Source: Octopus sinensis
Lineage: Eukaryota
Assembly: GCF_006345805.1 (NCBI RefSeq)
Contig: NC_042999.1
Location: forward strand, 167,338,001 to 167,402,000
Direction: 5' to 3'
Length of the DNA stretch: 64,000 nucleotides
Below, piece by piece: positions 21,751-36,901 of this stretch (the first letter of the stretch is position 1; the number at the start of each line of letters is the position of its first letter). A model generated the notes under the pieces. It ran no database searches. It was not told where the DNA came from and saw only the letters and a program-made list of their open reading frames with translations. The translations under genes were made by a program, and so were the position numbers.

Positions 21751-22267
21751 AACGATGAGAGACATACATGCACACACCCACACACACATAGATGCACGCA
21801 TACACATATATAGATGCACACACACGCGTGCGCTCACACACACACATACACATGTATATGTCTATAATATAAATTGGACATGGGCGATCGTTGTATTCTT
21901 TCTTGTCTTGAGGTTCACAGCCAAACGGCTGGGTGGATTTGCATGAAAAATGGCACACATGTGGAGACGAGTGCATAGATTGGAATGCGGTTTGTATATT
22001 TTCCTAGACCACATAGTTACTGAGAAAATCGAGTAAAACTTTTTCTAATGGAATTCTCCTCTTTCTTCCGACATTAAAACAACTAGTTGCTTAGAACCTG
22101 TTTTCTGATGGGGTGGGGTCAGGAAATTTTCATATAGCTGGAGGCTCCAATCAAAACAGGGAACCCAAAATGATAAGGTTGAGAAACGCTGTTATAGATT
22201 ATGCCTAACTGAAAACGATCACAGCCACATCATCCAAACAGATCTGGTGGAACCGGGCTTAGCTGCT

Positions 22268-22840
22268 AATGTCCTATTATGGCCATTCCTTATATTGTTC
22301 CTTTTATTTCTCACTAGACCGCTGGTGGCGGAGAATTTTTTCTAGAATTTTTTGCTACCCTTATATTTATTAATTAATGATTTTTTGGCTAATTTTGAAA
22401 TTAAATCAGCAGTTTATATTTGCTGCGGAGAAGACCGCGCGATTGCGGTAAAATTTTGAAAATTTAGAGCATATAGACTGGAGGCTTCTTTACCATCGCC
22501 TCATGGACATATACTCGTCCTTGGCGTCTCTGCTGATGAGGCACGCCAGTTGTAAATAAATTTAATTTAATTTAATTAATTTGTTTACCAAAGTTTGCCG
22601 AAACTATGCATAGTCCAGAGATGAAAGGGGTAAACGTTTTTATTTCTCTTTCTATTTCAGAATTACAACTACTTAGCGGTTTGAGTTTGGCTGCTCTTTC
22701 TAGTGAGTCGAATGTCCCATTATGGCCATTTCTTATATTGTTGAATGTATATTATATAGTCTTTGACTATCTTTTCTTTCTCACTAGACCGCTGGTAGCG
22801 GAGAATTTTTTCTAGAATTTTTTGCTACCCTTATATTTAT
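22268..22840 (+). repeat. Partial tandem repeat (~445-470 bp unit) enclosing the hammerhead
   Basis: 22268-22372 recurs at 22711-22840 (aatgtcc.attatggccatt...ctcactagaccgctggt.gcggagaattttttctagaattttttgctacccttatatttatta). Confidence 0.8.
22527..22621 (+). ncRNA. Canonical type I hammerhead ribozyme
   Basis: Stem I tctctg/cagaga; CTGATGA 22533-22539; stem II ggca/tgcc with AT-rich extension; GAAA 22600-22603; palindromic stem III actatgcatagt; GUC, predicted cleavage after 22615. Confidence 0.9.
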
Positions 22841-22841
22841 T

Positions 22842-22874
<33 letters not shown>

Positions 22875-25841
22875 CAGAAGACGAACAATGAATTTTATTT
22901 CCAATAATTGTTTCTCTACCACTCTGTTTGTAACGAAATTGCATGTAAATAACTGCCTTTAAAAAAATATGTAATATGTGAGGTTGAATATGTTGGAATG
23001 ACATCAAAGAAGCATTAAGTCGTGCTTCTTTGCATTGTGTAATGCACATCCATCAGTTTCAAGCGATTGTATTTCATTACAGAATCTTTCAGTTTAGTTA
23101 AGAAAATCCAATATTTTAAATACTACTTCTTTTCTTCAGAGTGGCGAAGCCAGTGTATAAACTGAGATGCATTATATCTTATAATGGAAGCTGACTTAAA
23201 ATTTAAACCATCGTAGAACGGGCTCTACTGTTCTCCAAACGATTACTTATATATTATTGTTATTTTTTTTTATTTATTTGCTTTTGTTTCTAAATTTTAT
23301 ATTTGTTCAGATATATTAACTGTTAACGATGAAATATTTACCATTAACTTTGGTTGATTAAAGATAGTTAATACTCCTTGCTTGCAATGTCTTCGTGTTA
23401 TTAAATTAAAATGTAAAAGACTGTTTTCTTTATACCAAACGTTACTTGGTTACCTATAATAGAATTCCTGGAATGGAATTAACAGATGTTATTGGCAGAA
23501 ATATCACAGAACCGAATCCAAAGGCCTGGCCCTTGTTTATTGTAAATACGATGATCATAAATAAATAAATATTGATCGAATTAATGAGAGAGCTTGAAAG
23601 TGGTCACTAGATCTGGTAGAAATTGCAGCCGAGTCTCACCTGCATCAAACCGTACCAGCTTAAATGACAAAAGAATACATAATTTAGCCGTTCGATAAAA
23701 AGTGAAGTTGGTCATAATAGGAATCCCTCTCATCGTGAGTCAGCTGAATCAAAGTTAACCGAAAACTAAACAGAAACAAAGAATATAGATCTTATTCGCC
23801 AAAATGTAAAGAACCTTCACATTTTATTAAGGTAATTTTTTTTCCAATTGTCATTTCAGCAATGTTTTCTGAAATCGTAAAAGACAACCAGTTTGCCAGA
23901 TTTAACAGCTATTTACTCCATTGTTTTTTCTCTCAGTTGTGTAAATACATTTAACGTCAACCTTTATTTAATCAGAAGTTTGTATGTGTTGTTTTATTCA
24001 ACCGATGAATATAGTTCCATTTTAAAAATGTAATTTGCGGTTAGATCTATTGAGAGTTATTTCTAATGTAATTTTAATTAATATTTCCTTTCCAGCGGTG
24101 ACTGTCTGCGATTAAATACTGCAAGCCGAAAGTTCTAATTAATACTTATTCTTAATAACTTGACTGAAAGAGATTTCCTTCGGTTACACTAAGTGGGTTG
24201 TTGATTCCAGTAATAATTTAACAAGTTTCTTCTATGGTAATTACTGAGAAAATTAGTTTTAAGTGCGAAGGAATCAAAAATATCATATAATATTCTAATT
24301 ATCAAAATCTTGTGCTTCCAGTCATTATTAATAAAGAATTGTTCCTGTGTGCTGATTAGTGAGAAGTTTATCTTCAAAACTAAGGAGACTTTTAGTCATT
24401 CCTTATTAGTGAATGAGTAGCTTGCCTCTGGGACGCCTTTCTGGTGATAATTATTATAAATAAATAATAACCAAAAATTTCGCTCGTAACAAAAGAAAAT
24501 AGTTTGTATTGTTATATTCGGGAATTTCCTTACTGTCTATCGAAATAGATAGATTCCAAGGATAGAACTGGATTACTTCTGTTCATGTGAAATTAACAAT
24601 TCATTTAATACATCGAAAGATTTCGTTCACATAGAAGTCTTTTTAAATAATATTTGTTTAATTATTCTTGACTACGAAATATCTGTTTAACACATCGTGC
24701 TCTCTTTTTGAAAGCGAATCGTTATGCGTGTTAAAGTACATAAGTGACTAAAGTGATTGAAATCTTCTCAGATATCTAAAAAAATATTTCAGTTCCTTTA
24801 AAAGGCATTTTTCTTTCTATAATCAACAAATACTTCAAACAATTAGAATTTGAAGTATAGAAATTTGTGTACATGATCTATTGGTCCCGTAAAGTTAGTG
24901 GGCTGCTATATTTTGACTTAACACGACACATACTCTCTCTCTCTCTCTGTCTCTCCCTTCCCCCTCCTCCTCCTCCTCCTCCTCCTCCTACTACTACTAC
25001 TACTACTACACACATACACACACTCATACATACATACATACATACATGGTGGAAGTCAACTCCTAACCAAGTATGTCCACATCTAAAACTCAGTAACTCC
25101 ATGCAAACGTTCCGAGAGTTCACGAAGGTCCTGCGCGTGAATTTACTTTTTGTGAGCAGTGTGTTGTACAGCAAGTGAACCCACCTTTCAGTGCAATCAA
25201 CTATAAAAACGGTGACACAGCAGAAATTGAGATGATCAAGAACTAATTACACTTTAGTTTTTGTTTCACATGAGTTTACCTCCACCAACAAGAAAGTTCT
25301 CCCATTGGTTTACATGCTAGTTAACCTATAACTGGGGCCCCAACATGTGCTGCTGCTCCTTCAAGAATCTCTTCGGTTTAGGTCTTCGAGATATCATTAT
25401 ATTATTACACGAAATTGATTTTCTTACCCAAATTTTCCATAATTATCGGAACGTAAAATGTAAACCGTTTTGAGTAGGAACCAGAAAGAGAAGTATGAAC
25501 ACGCAATGCGCATGTGAACAATGAATTCGTTCAACGAAAGAGAATAAAAGCGCAATGCGCATGTCAAAATGAAACAGAAGTGAAGAATAAAACAAGTTAT
25601 ATGACGGTCTACATTCCACGGCAGACATCACTATTACGCAGCTTTGTTGCAAATTTCTAGTGTACTAAGCTTTCTCTGTTCAAGTCATAGGTTTACTATT
25701 TTCATCAGAATTGGTAGGCTATTTAATCCTATGCTTATATGGGTATACGTGTCTGTATATATATTTGTGTGCATATCTATATATGTGTGTAATACATATG
25801 TGTGTGTATATATATGTGTATGTATGTATGCACACACACAC

Positions 25842-25897
<56 letters not shown>

Positions 25898-25925
25898 GAG
25901 AGAGAGATGAGTGTATTTTTCCCTC

Positions 25926-26396
25926 GTTAACAATTAACACGGAAAAAGTAGAAATATTAATAACAAGGTTATTGTATCTGAAGTCAATTCCAACGGAATT
26001 AAGTTTATGTCAAGTAACTCTAAAATTAAAAATTCTATATACCAGTTTAAAATCATTACTCATAATAAAGTACAATTTTACATTGGAAACACGTCGTTAC
26101 AGTTATTTAAAAGAATTTCTATCCATTACTCAACATTTAGGGATAGGAATAAACGTAACAGTACAGGGCTCAGTAAATTAATTTGGGATCTAAAAGACCA
26201 CAATGAACAATTTAATTTAGAATGGTTGATTCTCTCAATCTCGGTACCTTATGACAAAGGCAAGGAATTCTGTCTTCTCTGTAATTCTGAACTATTTTTC
26301 ATTCTTTTTTCTAAAAAACCCCTAGTAAACACGGTTACAGAGCGTGCATACCGATGTAAACATTGGCAAAAACATACCTTTAGTTCATATAAGTAA
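25926..26396 (+). pseudogene. Penelope-like element GIY-YIG endonuclease, 5'-truncated
   Basis: NSIYQF...FYIGNT...KRISIH...STGLSKLIWDLKD...WLIL...PY...CLLCNSE...LVN...RCKH. Confidence 0.85.
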
Positions 26397-26600
26397 TCTC
26401 TATCATTATATATATTTTAAACATTAATTTTCTTTTGATATTTAACATTCACTAAAAAAATATCCCTCCTCTTTCTATAGGCTACTTCTGACGTTATATC
26501 ATATACGTTTTATCAAACAATATTGATAGCGTTCAGTAAATCACTATACATATCCATAATTTTCTGTTAAAATGTCTTACTGACGAGTTTCATTTCTTCA

Positions 26601-26686
26601 CTTCCCTAAAGAGAAGATTACATTGTTTTACACCATTTATTCCTTTGGAATAATATCAGTGAAATCTTCGAAACATATGTCGGAAG
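26601..26686 (+). ncRNA. Type I hammerhead in the PLE 3' region with a G5-to-A core mutation
   Basis: cttcc-CTAAAGA-gaagatt...aatcttc-GAAA-catatg-TC-ggaag; stems I and II perfect. Confidence 0.75.
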
Positions 26687-26722
26687 TAAAAGTATTTGAA
26701 TTATATCTGCGTTAAACTCCAT

Positions 26723-26753
<31 letters not shown>

Positions 26754-26775
26754 CAACATATTATATATATAATAT

Positions 26776-26812
<37 letters not shown>

Positions 26813-26974
26813 TACATATATATTATATATAATATATATATATTATATATATATACATACATACATACATCTTCGAAATCTTCGAACATATGTCGAAAGT
26901 AAAAGTATTTGAATTATATCTGCGTTAAACTCCATTTATATGTAATATATATATATATATATATACATACTATA

Positions 26975-27051
<77 letters not shown>

Positions 27052-27061
27052 ATATATATAT

Positions 27062-27117
<56 letters not shown>

Positions 27118-27324
27118 ATACATACATAAATGCATACATATATGCGTGTCTCTCTGTGTGTATATATATATCTATTATACATATACACACACACGCACAA
27201 ACATATACTACTTTCCCTATCTCCCTCCACTTCCGGTCAGTTATTTTTCGGCCATACAACAATACACATGCTTTTTTCTCGGACTATTCTTTTTTCCAGA
27301 CATTTTCCTCTTTCTCACGAAGAA

Positions 27325-27367
27325 CAGGCAAGTGGATTTGGTAGACGGAAACTGAAAGAAGCCTGTC

Positions 27368-27413
<46 letters not shown>

Positions 27414-27680
27414 GTGTGTGTGTGTGTGTGTGTGTGAATGCATGTATGTATGTATTTATGTATGTATGTATATATTTGTGCGTTTGTGTTTGCCCTCCCA
27501 CGATCACTTGACAACTGATGTAGGTGTGTTTATGTTCCTGTAACTTAGCGGTTTGCCAAAAGAGACTGATAATGTAAGTACTAGGCTTACAAAGAATAAG
27601 TCCTGGGGGTCGATTTGTTTTACTAAAGTTGGTGCCCCAGCATGGCCGCAGTCAAATAACTGAAACAAGTAAAAGAATAA
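27325..27680 (+). mobile_element. 5'-truncated family A SINE
   Basis: gtggatttggtagacggaaactgaaagaagcc through ggtgccccagcatggccgcagtcaaataactgaaacaagtaaaag. Confidence 0.8.
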
Positions 27681-27686
27681 AGGAAT

Positions 27687-27728
<42 letters not shown>

Positions 27729-27871
27729 GGGCTACTATATGTGTGTGTGTGTATGTGTGTGTGTACATATGGTGTGTATTTATGTATGTCTATATTTATC
27801 TTACTGCATGCAGGCACGAACATACGCAAGACACACACACATACATACACGCAGAGAGAGATAGAGAGAGG

Positions 27872-27942
<71 letters not shown>

Positions 27943-28998
27943 GAGGAGACGCGAGAATAGCAAAGGCATTAAAAACATGCAATAATTAACGAATAAAAAT
28001 ATGCGTAAAATAAAGAAAAATATATAAAAAACAACTAAAATAGAATAAGAAAATGAGATAAACAGAAAACAACATAAAGTTGAATCAGATCCTTAACACT
28101 GAGATCAGATACGGGTTCAGCGAGAAAGGATAGCATTCAGTCTTGTCTCCTTGCTAATCATCTTAAATATAGGGTCCTGAGATGTTTAACAAACCAATGA
28201 CCCAAAAGTAGATCACACCTTATGCACTTGATATCACGGCAGATTGAGAGAAAGGAATTTCTTGCTGAAAAGAAAAACAAAATATCGGACTGTAACATCA
28301 TTTCATTATGCAGTGACCCTTTAACGCATAATTGATAAAAATGCGGAAATCATGCGCAGGTAAAATTTTTTTATATTTTAGCTTTGTCAATTCAATTCTT
28401 AGTTTGCTGAAGGGGTAGTAACACTCATAACAGCTACACACACACACACACAACACACATGCATGCGCGCATGCACAGATTCACCAGATATATACACGCA
28501 CACACGCGCGCGGACGCACTGACGCACATGCATATGCGCGTACAAGCACAATATATGTGCGGGCGTGTATATATACATACATAGATATATATTTGTTAGT
28601 GTATGTACATATACAAAATTCTGTGTTCATATGTATAGGTGTCTATATCTCTCTACCTATTTATCTGTCTGTCTGTCTGTCTATGTACCTATATAATTGT
28701 TCTATTATGAGTATGTGAAGGTTTTTGTGCATATATGTATGGATGTATATACGTAGTAACACACACATGTATACATTCAATACGAACGTAGTATATATTG
28801 TATGTTATATGCATGTATTATTTAACACTGAGCTTCTGCTATATATATATACCGGAGTAAACACATAAATGTGAAACAAGGTGGAAAAAAGAGTACTCAA
28901 ATACCAGTGGTAGAGTAATATGCTTTAAATAAAGTATATATTTATATATATCTATATATATATATATATATATATACGTACATACATACATACATACA

Positions 28999-29030
<32 letters not shown>

Positions 29031-30539
29031 CACACACGCGCACACTAAAAATTGATGTACTCAGGGAAGTTAATGCTATTCTGTAATGTGTGCACGTGTA
29101 TGTTAAATATGTATTCATGTTTCGTGGGGTGTTTTCATTTCGCTCAAATGAAGTATAAAAGAAATAACTAACCTCCACCTCCACAGCTGTTGCATTACCA
29201 GTGTTGCCTTTATCATCATTAGTAAAACAGTTTACAATAGCAGAAGCTTGCTGTCTCTTAATGTTACGGGATTTGATCCTGTTATTCGTGCGGTTCAGCC
29301 AGTTGTGTTGGCAAGAAGGAAATCGGGGTACGAGGGAAAAGCAACATGGTCTGGTGAAGACGACTCTGGAAAGAAAGCGGCGATAGGTGTTGTGCAGAAT
29401 ACAACAACTGGACAAAGAAGGATTCGGAAGAAGAATGGAAGGCAGATGAGACATAACGAACAAAGAAATTTTCATACTGAAGGGAAGTAACTGAAGCAGC
29501 AGCTTTTGGAAGTTAACGTGCGTAAGTAAGATGGTAAATTGCTGAGTAAAGGTATGGTGGAATGTGTTGTGGAAAAACGAGACAGCTTGTTCGTGATTAT
29601 TCTTGAGAGTGATGAACGATAAACTTTCGGTGCGGTACTTCAACCCCAGTCTTGTAAATGGTATGGCTAAAAATAACATTGCTGATTGTTATTGGCGCAG
29701 ATGTTCAGCATTATTGGAGCATGTTCTGGATCTAAGTAACCTTTGCAAAGTATGTCACGCGGTATACAACCAAGTCCTTGCTAAGGCATTGACAGTAATA
29801 CAGCAGCATCGCTGCAATGAGAATTATCATCAATAATGGCTCCTTAAGAAAGGACAACACATAAGCGTAACCAAAGGAACGGTGTTAAATACAGGAGATT
29901 CGAGTAGATTTGAAAGGAGTGCACTTGTTTCTAAACTGTACAGTAAATTCCGGAACTTATGACTGAGTAGGATTTTACACACACAAATCTGATTGTGCAT
30001 GGAAAAGTTAATGTAGAGTGTTCGTAAAAAGACGGGCCTAAAATATGTAGGATTTAGGCACTAGTAGCACCCTAATTGGACTAAAGATTTATCGTGAGTT
30101 TTATAGCTGAAAAGTTTTATAGTTTTATAGCTGAAAAGTGTTTGATTTGGTTGACATTGGATATACGAACGATAGTAGAGCAATATTTCGTGACTCATAG
30201 AGACAAGCAGAAAATGCTTCATCGTGGATAAAGTAGAGACATATGAGATCAAGACCAAAGCTGAAATAAAATAACATTACATGAATATGTTGTAAAAGAA
30301 AATAGCTTTTTTTATGGTTGGACTGGTTACATCTGCATTTGGTTTGGTGTGTTGCTTTGTTGGGTAACGTAGGTAAGAAATGCGTACTACAGCGTAAGCC
30401 CAAAGACCCAGGACATTCCCTGCTGGCATTAATGCTACTCGGCGCCGTCGGAGGGAACGATATTGTTGGAAGGTGCCGAATTCTCCAATCGACTGTTGAT
30501 GAAGGGAGTGTCCCGTAGTGCAAGCTTTTTTTATAAAAT

Positions 30540-30994
30540 ATGTGAGCTTGAATCTCTCTCTGTCTATCTCTTCTCTCTTTGAGAGATAGAGATGGAGAGA
30601 GTGAGGGATTAAAAGTGGTACCAATGATGTAGAGTTAGCTAAACAAACAAATAAATTGTTAGTGAAACGGAAAGAGAAAGACTGAGGCAAAGAAAGAGAT
30701 AGTGACATATAGATATATAGAGAAAAAGAGAAAGAGAGAGAGAGGGAGAAGAGAGAAGAGAGAGAGAGAAGAGAGAATGAAGGAAAGGTAGGGCTGGTGT
30801 TAGTCAGAGATAGACTGTTCAGGGAGACTGCATAAACACAGCTGTAGGTAATATGTACCCATGCTTACAAAATCATAACCTCTTTGCCCAGACCTCTGTC
30901 AGTCGAATTATACTTTCCAATATTCTGTCTACCCTCTCTCTCTACTCCCTTCTCTCCCTTTCTCTCTCTCTTTCTCTTTCTCTTTCTTTTCTTC

Positions 30995-31026
<32 letters not shown>

Positions 31027-31098
31027 CTTCTTCTTCTTCTTCTTTTTCTTCTTCTTCTTCTTCTTTTTTTCTTCTTCTTCTTCTTCTTCTTCTCTTCT

Positions 31099-31160
<62 letters not shown>
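30540..31160. repeat. (GA)-rich tract and opposing (CT)/(CTT)/(CA) tract flanking a ~150-bp unique core
   Basis: Purine tract 30540-30790; pyrimidine tract 30930-31140. Confidence 0.8.
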
Positions 31161-31162
<2 letters not shown>

Positions 31163-31482
31163 GACTTTCCCACTTCTCTTGTTTGCTTATTATCATTATT
31201 GCTGTTGTTGTTATTGCGGCTGCTTCTCTGCTTATTGTTGATATTATATTTCTTTTGAGGTGGCGGACGCCGTACTGTGGCGGTTAAGTTCACGGTGAAC
31301 CGAGTTCCCGACCTATTTATTATGGAAAGATATGAAAGTCACAACCTCTCCTTTAACCACGCCTACAAATCTCGGTTTTCCTGCGTAATAAATATCAACA
31401 ACAACAACAACAACAATAATAATAATAATAATAATGATAATTTCTATCATTGGTACATGAACACACACGTACACACACACAC

Positions 31483-31547
<65 letters not shown>

Positions 31548-31574
31548 GTATGTGTGTGCGTGTGTGTGTGTGTA

Positions 31575-31638
<64 letters not shown>

Positions 31639-31899
31639 ATAAATCTTTGAATTACTTGTTTCAGTCATGCTGGGGCAGTGTCTAAAAAAGCTTTAGTAGA
31701 ACGACTCGACGTCAGTACTTTTTGAAGCCTGGTACTTATTCTATCGGCATCTTTTGCCAAACCGCTAAGTTTCGGGGAGGTAAAACACTTCAACGCCGGT
31801 TGCCAAGCAGCGGAGGGGGACGAACAGAGACATATATAGATACACACACACACACACACACACACACGCACGCACGCACACACACACACACACACACAC

Positions 31900-33074
<1,175 letters not shown>

Positions 33075-33196
33075 GTTCATAATTAAGGGCGCCTATGTTG
33101 AAATAAAAAAATTATTAAAGAGCATACATCAATCATTAAGTATGTCGAAATTCACCTAAAATATAATTAAAATACTATGATTAAATTTATATATAT

Positions 33197-33661
33197 ATTA
33201 TAATAAGGGTTAGGCAAAAGAATTTGCTTCACCGCACACCGAACTTTAGAAATTGCAGCTAAAGAATCTAGCTATTTCTTCTACTGTAAGAAACAACTCC
33301 CAAACAATATATGCTCGAAAACATATCACGTAGGCAGAGAAAGAAAACAACGGAATTCACCCAGCATTTGATGAACTGTGGACGCGTTTCGAAATTAGAT
33401 AGATATGAAAAATGCAAGAATCACATTTCCATTCTAATCACTTTTCTCTTCAGCACAGTATTTCAATATATTCTAAATTTGGTAGCACTGAAAGAACTGA
33501 ACATACCTATCTGACTCCAGTAACATCAGACAAATTATATTCATGACCAGTACCGCCGAATTCAGAACATGCGAATGAGGTCCCGCATTCTCCCCCGTCC
33601 ACCCACGTGTGTTGTCAAGCAAAAATTCTACAGAAAAAAATATGTAGTCTATTATCAGGGA
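33197..33661 (+). repeat. Dispersed ~460-bp repeat, second copy at 56417-56851 (head fragment 57073-57129); probably PLE-related
   Basis: Two highly similar copies; the second abuts a GIY-YIG remnant. Family not recognised. Confidence 0.75.
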
Positions 33662-33839
33662 GAGAATTGCATTGTCAATAATAATAATAAAAGGTAAAAT
33701 TAATTAATTAATATTAATTATTAATTAATCACTTAATTTTACCTTTTTTATTATTATTATTATTATCATTATAATTATTATTATTATTATTATATTATTA
33801 TTATATTATTATTATTATACACACACACACACACACACA

Positions 33840-33893
<54 letters not shown>

Positions 33894-34128
33894 ACGGACT
33901 TGTTTCAGTTTTCCGCCTATCAAATCCACTCATAAGACTTTGGTCGGCGCAAGGCTAAAGTAGAAGACTGATGGACTGAACCTGGATCCATGGCTCTGGT
34001 TGGCCCGAGGCTATAGTGGAAAATACGAGACTGAACCCGGAATCATGTGGTTGGGAAGCAAACGTCTTATCAGACAGCTACGCCTGTGCCAGTATATACA
34101 AATGCGTATATCACACACACACACACAC

Positions 34129-34215
<87 letters not shown>

Positions 34216-36294
34216 GAGAGAGAGAGTGGGAGAGAGAGAGAAATAAATCTATGATCAAAGGCTTTCTATGTGCGACCATCTCATCATTTCAAACAATTTT
34301 ATCTCACACTACAATACAAAATACATCTTTCCGTTTCTTAAAGATGGTAGGATGAGATTTAAGCGAGAGTTGACTCCTATTTCTGGCGAGTAGGAACTTC
34401 TCCGCAGATGCTACTTCGTTCACTACTCTGCGCGATTAGTTGGCCTACTAAAAGTGGCAATCGAATCTTACTCTACCACTTTAAAAAATGAAGGACACAC
34501 AGTACAATGTAGTTCCCAATATATGAAAATAGAAAGAAATCAGGATGCCACAGATAAAGCATCTTTGATTATTAATCCGCTCGATTAAACGTTGATCTAG
34601 GGATTAAAAACAAGACCAAAAACAACAGAAACAACAACTGGGGCTCATATCATCTTTTTTAGAATAAAAGGTGTAATCAGTCTGGGCAGGATTTGAACAA
34701 AGGAACTTAATACCACAAAACAACTGCTTTTGAATGGCGTTCAGTATTGTCAGTAATATTGATATTAATTTCAAATTTTGGCACAAGGCCAACTATTTGT
34801 CGGACAGTAAATCAAATCGACCCCAGTACCCAACTAATTCTCATTTTATCGACCCTGAAAATGTGAAAGGCAAAGTTGAACTGAGAATGTTAAAAAAAAA
34901 ACAACAGAAACTCCTCAAAGTATTTCTTCTGACGCACTAACGATCATGTTTTGGATTTCATTCTTTCCTTATTTTTTCAAATATCTGATGAATAAGTATT
35001 TATGCATCGTGCCTCACAGAATAAATTACATATAGAAATGAGAAGATTGTTTTTCAATGTTTTTTTTCTGCTATGTTTGGATATAAAAGACGTTTTCGAA
35101 AATATTTGTTTCGTGTTTATTTATTTGTTTATTTTATTTGCTTAGCCAGAATTCAGTATTGCCCCTCGAATTTTGGCAGCGGGTAGAAGTGCTCTCGACA
35201 TTGCTGATAGCACCAAGATAAAGAAATACACCTGCCCTCGACGAACACTTCAACATTGACGAAAAACAAAATATTAACACAAGTTGAAAAAGCGGTGGGG
35301 CGACAAAAATAATGAAATAAAATAAACCTAACAACATCGAAAAATCTCGGAGAAAAATTAATAACTTCATGACAAATAACGCTGATGGTATTGACTTAAG
35401 CTTTCGAAGCGAAAACGCAAATAACAACAGTAGCACTCACAAACAGATTTTGCCGAGCGTAAACGTGAATAGGTTTGAAAGTTGCTTTGCGAGCGTTGTT
35501 TTCTCCCAAAACTTTCAGTTTCAGTGTAGTGTAAGACAAATAAATAGCATAAAATATGAGGAGATGGCAGTGGTGTGTTACAAAAGTGTGTATCTCCTTG
35601 CTCGATGAATTTCTCTTAGCCCGCCATGAGTGTGGATGAACCTTTCAATTTCCTCTCAAAAGTTAATGAGGTTTCGAGTTTTTCTGTTTTCGTGGTTTTT
35701 AATCGTACCTTTATAATCATTGCGTGTTTTAAAATAATTATCTATTTATTCTGTGTTAAACTTATTTCAAATTTTTAACATGTCGCAGGATGATTCAATA
35801 TTCTTCTTCAAACATTACAACAAACCGGTTTATAACCGAAGTCAGTTGAGGCCGGTTGAGTTTCTTAATGTACTGCTGCCTCCTTCTCACACATCATACT
35901 TCTTTACTACAGCATTCATCCACTTCCCCACATTATTCTATAAACCTTATCGACCTCATTCGGACCCCCACGTTGACTGTTACCGCTCAGGGATTCCAGG
36001 ATAGGTTAGTCTACTGCACCGCCGCACATACTGCCAGTTGCCCGGATCACCATAAGCAGTTGAACTAGGTACATCCGGACATCTGAACAAGATTAGCATA
36101 ATATTGTACCAATTGTTAGAACAAAATGTCTTGCGAAATATGTAATTACGGCTTTTCACGTTCTGGGTACAAATCCTGATATAAAGTAAGTCGGCATTGA
36201 TGTCAATTTAATCGACTAACTCTTTCAACAAACTTACGACCTTCTATCTAAATGAGGAAAAATATTGCGGTTATTACATATTATTATTATTATT

Positions 36295-36510
36295 AGTTGG
36301 CAGAATCGTTGGTATACCGGGCGAAATGCTTAGCAGTATTTCGTCTGAATTCAAATTCCGCCGAGATGGACTTTGCTTTTCATCATTTTGTGGTCGATAA
36401 ATTAAGTACCAGTCAAGTACTGGGGTTGATGTAATCGACTATCCACTCCCCACAAATTCCAGGCCTTGTGCCTATAATAGAAAGCATCATCATCATCATC
36501 ATCATCATCA

Positions 36511-36574
<64 letters not shown>

Positions 36575-36857
36575 CATTAAGGTGGCGAGCTGGTGGAATC
36601 GTGGCATGCCAAGTGAACTGCTTAGTGGTATTTCGACCGTCTTTGCGTTTTGAGTTCAAATTCTGCTAAGGTCGACTTTTCCTTTTCCTCCTTTCGGGAG
36701 GTATATTTTAGAAATCCCTGGTCTGGAAGTGCTACCAGGGAACTCTAACGGTCGAGACAAGCTCTACAGACACGGAAGTGCTGTCAGTTGAGCACTGGGG
36801 TCGATATAATCGGCTTACTCCCTCTCCGAACTTGCTGGCCTTGTGCCAAAAGTTGAA

Positions 36858-36901
<44 letters not shown>

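Noticed and set aside
33365-33410. Hammerhead at ttgatga...cgaaattag (also ~56555)
   Set aside because: Core words are present but stems I and III cannot be formed convincingly.
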